Shown here one piece after another: positions 54,742-64,000 of a stretch of DNA of 64,000 nucleotides (the stretch's first letter is position 1; each line of letters starts with the position of its first letter). The stretch lies in NCBI GenBank assembly GCA_964016885.1, contig OZ024763.1:5208001-5272000 (forward strand). The letters are read 5' to 3'. Source of the stretch: Eledone cirrhosa. Taxonomy: Eukaryota. Made by a program: the position numbers and the translations under genes. Below the pieces are notes generated by a model. It was not told where the DNA came from, made no database searches, and saw nothing but the letters and a program-made list of their open reading frames with translations.

Positions 54742-56803
54742 TAGTAGGTATACTTGCTACTGTTCATCTGTGTAGTTAATTAAAGTCATTTGATAAATTC
54801 AGATAATTTAAAGGAATTTAGTAGAATTTAAGGATGAATTGTAATAATTATAAGCAGGGTTGTGTAGTTAAGAAACTTGCTTAACAAACCTTCTAGTTTG
54901 GGGTTTGGTTCTAAAGTGTGGCATCCTAGCCAACAGTCTTTTGTTATAGCCTTGGGATGACCAATGGTGCCTTGTGAATTAAATTTGGTAGATGGAATAT
55001 GTGTGGAAGCCTGTCGCGCGCACGTGTGTGTGTCTGTGTGTCTACACTGCTTAACAACTGAGATAAACATCATCCTGATGAGCCACTGGGTTTGAGACAG
55101 ACTTTAGATATAAAAACCTTGAACTCCCGATGAAGTCATAGTGACACCATAGTAACATACATCCATTTCTTGGTCATTTTAACCCTGGCAGAGCCCACCT
55201 CCTCTCCAGATCTGAACATAACCAATTCCTTCTTGAGTGATAGAGAGAGAAGAAATAAGAAAGAGAAGTAGAGGAAGAATGAATATTTTATTTTTATTTG
55301 ATTGAACATACAGAAAAAGAAAGCAGCATTAGAAAGAACTATAAATACCATAAATGAGAGGAAAAGGAGGAGAAAAAGCAAGGATTAGTAGACAAAGGAA
55401 GAAAGAAAGGGAGAAGGGGGGGGGGAAGTGACAGCTTCTACACCTAGGTCAGAGTGGTGTTTCACCTGTGCCCCATGGAAAAAATACCAAAAGCATTTCT
55501 GCAGACAATGGCCAGCAACACATGCTGCAACAGCCACCCCCACTTCATGGGCTCCTTCCTCAGATGGGCTGCTATTGATCCGATCTTACAAAGGAAGAAT
55601 TGACCCTAGTATTAGACTGGTACTGTCTTTTTATTAACATTGAAAATATAAAATGTAAAAAGCAAAGTTAACCTCGGCAGGTTTTGAACTCAGAGAGGGC
55701 AAAGATCTGGTAGAAACAGCAGAGAACATTCTATTCTGATGTTCTAACAACTCTCCCAATTTGCTGCCCCTTTAATCAGTTTATTTACTGAGTAAATGAA
55801 CAGGTTTGCTTTGAAAACAAGTCAATTATTTTCATAGTGGTTCTTATTAAATTATTATCTACAGGTGATGAGTCAATTAGGTAATGAGTGTAGGATAAGG
55901 ATAACGAAACCTACCTGGGTGTTTATTTTACCAAGTGGTTAGAACACCTGAATACTACAAACTAATCCACGGGGTGTCTTGTCGCAAATTATTAGTTTTC
56001 TGCTTCAGTGATATACAGGTGGGTCGGTTGGATGTTTGGTTGGGTGGGTGGTCATCAACAGATGTGGGGTTTTTTTTTTATAAGGACGGGAGGGGGTGTC
56101 AGAAACAAGGGGGGGGGGAATGAAGTGGGGATGTGACAGAGGAGAGATGCCTATCAAAATATGAGCACCCACGGAAAGTGAAAAACCACGAATATTGGAT
56201 GTGGTCCATAAAAATGCCTATAAACTTCAAAATATAATTTTAAAAAAGGGAGCGTCTTATGTGAAGGGGCAACCAATAGGCCGCAAATACGGTATATTGT
56301 TATTAATAATTTAGCGTTAAATATATATATATATATATATTGCCACGAAAAAAGGCATTAAAAAATCACGATCCCGCGAATATGCGGTAGTTTCCACAAA
56401 CAATTATTAGTTAGGTTCTAAGGAAAATTCCACGAATAACCGGGGCTGCGAATGTCAGGATTGCAAATGCTAGGGGTACACTGTATATATCATGAGTGAC
56501 AGGAACTAACAATTCCCAGTTTCTAGTTGCTTTTAGAATGATCTAATAATACCAGTTAACCATTTCATCCTTGCGTAGAAATTCTAATATTCACTCATAT
56601 GTCTTTGAATAAATGTGTAAAATAGGATAGAAATGAAAAGGTATGTACAACGGTCGGCTATTAATGTAAGCAAGATTTCACAGCTCTAACATCACTCCCT
56701 CATAGTCAGCCTATAAACATTTCAGTTAGCCATCATAAATAAATATATATATATATATATACAATATTAAATAAATGGAAAACTATATTTATAAAACCAT
56801 ATT

Positions 56804-56869
56804 TATTTCATTATATATATTTCGGGGATATCATATTAACAATATGCTATGCCTTCATCAGACAAAATA
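56804..56869 (-). ncRNA. Type I hammerhead ribozyme-like motif
   Basis: Minus strand reads TATTTTGT CTGATGA AGG...CCC GAAAT ATAT ATA ATGAAATA. Stem I is 8 bp with G-U pairs. Homologue at 21330-21395. Confidence 0.6.
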
Positions 56870-57004
56870 CAATATAAACAGTTTTATAGATAAATATATT
56901 CGACATACCGTAATAAACATCAACTTCATTTGAAGAGGTTTAATATATATATATATATACCTTCTAGGGCCCACATGCCACAACAAAAATATATCTTTTA
57001 TCAC

Positions 57005-57103
57005 ATCACCAGTCTGAGGAGCAGATCGATACTGGGGTCAGGTCGATAACACTTATGGGTCACCTTGAGCCAATCCTCTGTGAAACACGTGTAACAGGTC
57101 GAT
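57005..57103 (+). ncRNA. Type I hammerhead ribozyme-like motif
   Basis: CTGAGGA (57014), stem II GCAGA...TCTGT, GAAAC (57082), palindromic ACGT loop, GTA (57091), stem I ACCAGT/ACAGGT with one mismatch, then AATAAA. Confidence 0.65.
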
Positions 57104-57167
57104 ACAGAATAAATATTTTTCATATGTAAATGAAACTTCATCATTTTTTTCTATATATATGTATATA

Positions 57168-57356
57168 TGAGGGCTGAAAGTTCATAGTGACCAAGATACT
57201 CTCATGGAATGACCAAATGAGGTTTATTTTTCAACATAGTCCCTGGACAGAAAAACAATACAGCTATTAATAAGAAGAGTTGAAATTAATATCAGCAAGA
57301 TTTCACAGCACTAGCATCACTCCTTCAGCCTATATACATTTCAGCCGACCCTCGTA
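57168..57356. mobile_element. Mariner-derived MITE remnant
   Basis: Ends GAGGGCTGAAAG and TTTCAGCCGACCCTCGTA resemble mariner TIRs. Related fragment at 56646-56735. Confidence 0.5.
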
Positions 57357-57489
57357 GATACTTATAAACTATTTTAACTATTATCTTTAATTATTATTAC
57401 CTATTATTAATGGTTAAATAAAAGTACTAATTAATATATAGTATATAATGAGTATAACAGGATTTCAATTCTACATGAATCTATTGTTT

Positions 57490-58750
<1,261 letters not shown>

Positions 58751-59433
58751 TCATAACATTTATCCAATTCTATCTGCTTTATAATGTATAATAGCTCTAA
58801 CTAATATATAGTTGTTTCTTTAATTCAATGAGAATAATGAATGTCTTAAAATAGTGTTGTAACCTTAATTAATGTTTATTAATTAATGTATATTAATTAA
58901 ACCTATATAGAATCTGTAATATTAACGGTAAATAATTATGCATTGAATCCAAGTGAAATAGTTAACTAGAACTAACTGCTTAATCTTCTAAAGCATATAT
59001 ATATATAGAGAAAATATATACTTTTATATATATTATATATAATCTATATATATTATATATATGATATATATAATATATATGATATATATATATTATATAT
59101 ATGATATATATATATTATATATATGATATATAAATATTATATATTATATAATATATGTATATATATGTTATATATATATATATGCTGTATATTATATTAT
59201 ATATATTGTATATTATATATAATATACATATTACATATAATATATATATATTATATATATAATATATGTATATATATATGATATATATATATTACATATA
59301 CATATATACTATATATAATATCTATATATAATATGTGTATATATATATATATATATTTATATAATTTTATGCTAATAATCCAAATGATATTTAATTTTAA
59401 ATTATATTTCTATTATATACATTCTGTACATTG

Positions 59434-59523
<90 letters not shown>

Positions 59524-59546
59524 CATATATATATATATATTTTTCT

Positions 59547-59585
<39 letters not shown>

Positions 59586-59652
59586 CATGTATATATACAT
59601 ACATGCCTAGTTGAGGGGTTTCTATAACATTCTACAACTTGTTTCATTTTAG

Positions 59653-59775
59653 CTAACCGCACTTGTGCTCCAAATGAATTCTCCTGCAAAATTGGTCCCT
59701 GTATTGCAATGGGCCTGGTCTGTAATGGTAGAAGGGATTGTGAAGACAGATCAGACGAAACCCCCGATGCCTGTG
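59653..59775 (+). CDS. HSPG2: LDL-receptor class A repeat 5
   Basis: (P)[40 protein letters not shown]. Acceptor cattttag, donor g|gttagt, 123 nt. Confidence 0.92.
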
Positions 59776-60669
59776 GTTAGTACTACACCTTAATTACTAT
59801 ACCAACACCATTCCTACCCCATTTGTTTTCAACCTGGTCAAAACCAGTTCTGGTTCTATGATATAAAATCCCCCATTTTAAAGGTTTCCTATTTAAATTA
59901 AATTCTTCCAACCTAATTGTATATAAGGACCCTACATTAAGTTACTATCTTAGTAATGAAATATTTCATAATTTTAGTAAATCCCTCAAAATTCTTCATT
60001 AATTAATTGAAATAAAGGGTCCCTATTTAAATTAAAATTTTCCAGCATAATTTCATTTAAGAAACGTGTTAAGTTACTTAGTAATGAAATAAGTAATTTT
60101 ATTAAATCTCTCGCCTCCTCTCAGATTCTTCATTAACCCTTTAGTTACCTATTTGGCCAAAACTCTCTCTGGTTCTATGAAATAAAATCACCCATTTCAA
60201 AGGTTTTCAATTTAAATTAAAATCTTCCAACATAATTTTATATAAGAATCTTAAATTAAGTTACTATCTTAGTCATGAAATAATTAATAATTTTAGTAAA
60301 TTCCTCAAAATTCTTCATTAATTAAGTGAAATAAGGCCCTGAAAGGGTTAAAAGGGGCTGGCTTGTCTTGTGCCAACTCGACCATTCAATCCCTCTATTT
60401 TCTCTTCTCTTATCGTAGATGGACCAATGGTCTTGTTTGTTGTTTTCACTTCTGTGCTGTCCGCTTTCCTTACCCCTAACCCCAGAAATTATGTCACCTG
60501 TGATCTATAAAAGAAATGTTGCTATGTTTGACCCTCAGATGTCACTCACCCTCCCTCCCTCATTGGAGAATTTGTTTTAAATGTTTTTTTGTTTTTTTTT
60601 AGTTTTTACACACAGAAACCCACACTGTACTGTCTGTATTGTCCTTTTAATGTAAGCCCTTTCTGGCTA

Positions 60670-61056
60670 ATATGGCAGAATCGGTAGAGCATCAGACACC
60701 ATGCTTTGCAGCATAGGGTTTTGGCCTTTACATTCTGAGTTCAAATCTCACCAGGTTAACTTTCCCTTTCATCTTTACGGGATCAATAAAACAAAGCAGT
60801 AATACACTGGGGGTAAATGCTGGCCTTGTGTTAAAAGTAGAAACATTATTATTATTATTGATGGATTGGCAGTATCAGTAGAGCATCGAACAACATGCTT
60901 CATGGCACAGAGTTATGGCCTTTTAAGTTCTGTGTTCACATCTTGCCGAGGTTAGCTTTGCCTTTCATCCTTACGGGGGTCGATAAAATAAAGTACCAGT
61001 AATGTACTGGGGTTGATTTAATCAACTTTCCCATCCCCCCAAATTACTGGCCTTGT
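60670..61056 (+). mobile_element. Two tandem diverged SINE family B copies
   Basis: Two heads (TGGCAGAATCGG and TGGCAGTATCAG), each followed by the family B core. Confidence 0.75.
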
Positions 61057-61237
61057 TTTTATTGAACATCATTATTGCTTTACCGAGCGCAACTCTGTGT
61101 TCCTTGGCCATGTGCAGTGTAGTTTTTGCTGATGTTGTTTCTATTGTATTGATAGTACTTTTCATAATGTGTGCAGTGATAGTAGTGAAATCTTTTGAAT
61201 GCTGGATTATTATTATTATCTCCTCTCTCTTCTTCAG

Positions 61238-61351
61238 CATTTGTCTGCAAACCAGGTGGCTTTAGGTGTCGTGATGGAGGCTGTATCAATGAGGCTCAAC
61301 ATTGTGATAGGGTACCCCAATGCCGAGATGGATCTGATGAAATCAACTGTG
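61238..61351 (+). CDS. HSPG2: LDL-receptor class A repeat 6
   Basis: (A)FVCKPGGFRCRDGGCINEAQHCDRVPQCRDGSDEINC. Acceptor tcttcttcag, donor g|gtatgg, 114 nt. Confidence 0.92.
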
Positions 61352-61860
61352 GTATGGACATTTTTTAGATTATATATATGTACTTATGTATTCTTGTAGG
61401 TATATGTTTTGTCTCTCTCTCTCTCTCTCTTTGTGAATGTATGTATACAAAACGCAAACAGAAATATCAACAAACAACACAGTACAATGAAGAAATATAT
61501 TAGCTTTATGCTTGATATATTAGGAAAAGAATTTCAGATATACTCAGATTTCATCTTCATTTTTGAGACAACCGACAACCAATTCGCCAACACTACACCT
61601 GATATCACCCCCCTCCATACTCACGCACACATGTATATCATGACTCATACACTGTTCACTTTCCTGACATTTGTATATTATTCTATGTACTATACATGCA
61701 CCTTTAATGAGTTGTAGTGCACCTGAGCTTTGTACACAATAATTTCATTATTATTATTATTATTATTATTTACGGGGTCGATAAAATAAAGTACCAGTAA
61801 TACACTGGGTATTTGCTGACCTTGTGCCTAACGTAGAAACAATTATTATTATTTAACCAT

Positions 61861-62190
61861 GGAGGCACATGGCTTAATGGTTAGAGCATTGGCCTTGCAA
61901 TCGAAAGGTTGTGAGTTCAATTCTCAGACCGGGTGATGTGTTGTTTCCTTGAGCAAGACACTTTATTTCACATTGCTCCAGTTTACTCAGCTGTAGAAAT
62001 GAGATGATAGGGACTGGGTCCCTATCATTCCACTGCAAAGTGGTTGTGGAGGTGCCATGGCAAAAAAGCACCCAGCACTCACTGTAAATGAGGTTGGTGT
62101 TAGGAAGGGCATCCAGCTGTAGAAATCAAGCCAGAATCAGTTCCCGTCCCACCCTTGCAAGCAGGGAAAAGCGGACATAAAATGATGATG
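61861..62190 (+). mobile_element. tRNA-derived SINE, family A
   Basis: Near-identical to 39089-39433. Confidence 0.85.
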
Positions 62191-62255
62191 ATACTACTAA
62201 CCATGTTTACCTTTATTTACCTTTATTTACCTTTTTCTATCTTCTCTTTGTTCAG

Positions 62256-62369
62256 GCACTGATTGCTTAACTGGAGAGTTCCATTGTAAAACAGGGGAAT
62301 GTATTCAAAGTGCTAAAAGATGTGATGGTCGTGCTGATTGTTGGGACAGCTCAGATGAAGCTGAATGCT
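62256..62369 (+). CDS. HSPG2: LDL-receptor class A repeat 7
   Basis: (G)[37 protein letters not shown]. Acceptor tttgttcag, donor t|gtgagt, 114 nt. Confidence 0.93.
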
Positions 62370-62929
62370 GTGAGTAATCTCTCAATATTCATATTTTGGT
62401 TATCAGCATTAGAGCCCCCCACCCCCAACACCGGACTGTTGAAATATTAATTCTAAGGCGAAGTTTCGGAGAAAACATATCACAGTAAATTCCCAAAATC
62501 TGAAGGTGCACTATTAAAAATAGGTTTTGGGGCAAATGGCATCTAGTGAGCACCTCTCCCTCCACATACACACACAGACATGTTGGTGGCATGCTGCCAT
62601 GCTGTCATTTGTTATGTTGTCTTATATTATGTACAATTTGTCTAAATTTTCTAAACCATCTCTGATGATATTTTATCTAAATTCATTATGAGATCTTGGC
62701 AAAGGTGAGATCTTATCATTGCAGAAAACTGTGCAAACTATGCACTGTTGAAACTCTGGAAATCATCAACATTAATTATATATATATATATATTAAGAAT
62801 ATTTTCGGATCAGCGAGTGGGTTTGAAATTATTAGAAATGTAAGCTATCGCTGTATTTTGACTAAATAAATTATTTATCCTGATAGTGGGGTTAACCCTC
62901 GGAGAAATGGAAAAAGATGAGTATTGACG

Positions 62930-62993
<64 letters not shown>

Positions 62994-63089
62994 TATATTA
63001 GTGGTAAGAAACTCTCAGGAGAGCTAGGCAGCAGAAGGTCTTCAAAGAAGAACCTCTCTCCCTCAAGTGAGTGTTTGGTTGGGCCCTTA

Positions 63090-63127
<38 letters not shown>

Positions 63128-63410
63128 GTGTGTGTTTCGCAGCACAAATCATGTCCCCTATCTGTGGAGGTTAGATTTAATTCATTTACCCAGTTTAACC
63201 ACCTGTTTGTTTGGTCCCTTGGGTCCTTTCAGCAAATGCCAGGTCTCCAGTTTGAGGATAACTTCCTCCCTTCCTCACCCCAAAAGGGGTCATGGGTGTT
63301 GATTGTCCTTCGTCATGTGATTAATTGTGATAAGTAAATAAAAAAGATGTCTGTGTCCATGTTTATATCAACTTATATTATAAGTGATTGTGTTGTATAT
63401 CACCCCACCG

Positions 63411-63846
63411 TCTATGCCACCCCTGTGTCAATATTTTGTGTCTATGCCACCCACTGTGTCGATATTTTGTGTCTATGCCACCCACTGTGTCAATATTTTG
63501 TGTCTATGCCACCCACTGTGTCGATATTTTGTGTCTATGCCACCCACTGTGTCGATATTTTGTGTCTATGCCACCCACTGTGTCGATATTTTGTGTCTAT
63601 GCCACCCACTGTGTCGATATTTTGTGTCTATGCCACCCACTGTGTCGATATTTTGTGTCTATGCCACCCACTGTGTCGATATTTTGTGTCTATGCCACCC
63701 ACTGTGTCGATATTTTGTGTCTATGCCACCCACTGTGTCGATATTTTGTGTCTATGCCACCCACTGTGTCGATATTTTGTGTCTATGCCACCCACTGTGT
63801 CGATATTTTGTGTCTATGCCACCCACTGTGTCAATATTTTGTGTCT
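63411..63846. repeat. 31-bp minisatellite, about 14 copies
   Basis: Unit TCTATGCCACCCACTGTGTCGATATTTTGTG. Confidence 0.95.
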
Positions 63847-63890
63847 AATTTGTTTGTATAATTATTCAATTGTGTATTCTTTGGTTCCAG

Positions 63891-64000
63891 TATTGTGCAA
63901 GAAACGAGATGAATTCCTATGCAGTGAGGGAACTGTCTGTCTTCATACTTCTCAAGTTTGCGATAATGTTGTTGACTGTCCGGACTCTAGTGACGAGACA
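63891..64000 (+). CDS. HSPG2: LDL-receptor class A repeat 8 (runs off window end)
   Basis: (L)LCKKRDEFLCSEGTVCLHTSQVCDNVVDCPDSSDET... Acceptor ggttccag, phase 1. Confidence 0.9.

Noticed and set aside
55072-55105. CTGATGAGCC...GAGAC possible hammerhead; similar partial boxes near 270-315 and 43480-43515
   Set aside because: The GAAA or CUGA box is mutated and stems I/III are not convincing, so these are too decayed to call.
55865-55880. Possible 16-nt microexon (ACAG|GTGATGAGTCAATTAG|GTAATG), and a 16-19-nt one at 28510-28528
   Set aside because: Lengths are not multiples of 3 and there is no other support.

Overview
AT-rich, repeat-dense animal genomic DNA. The SINE families and (TA)n load suggest a cephalopod, probably octopus; this is an inference. 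The window holds the 5' part of one large + strand spliced gene: 12 phase-compatible AG/GT exons (14067-64000, about 1,893 nt or 631 codons). They encode an acidic Ser-Gly glycosaminoglycan-attachment segment, a SEA domain, an unexpected 169-aa beta-sandwich-like domain on one symmetric exon, and at least 8 LDL-receptor class A repeats. This is a perlecan (HSPG2/trol/unc-52)-like N-terminus; no start exon was identified and the gene runs off the right edge. The introns contain tRNA-derived SINEs, CR1 and RTE LINE 3' ends, Tc1/mariner MITEs, and mini- and microsatellites. They also contain many short (TA)n-embedded, often fold-back fragments carrying type I hammerhead-ribozyme motifs (CUGANGA...GAAA-N...UH), best explained as Penelope-like retroelement remnants. 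Almost all long ORFs in the supplied track are microsatellite artefacts. Everything was read by eye, so domain and family names need database confirmation.
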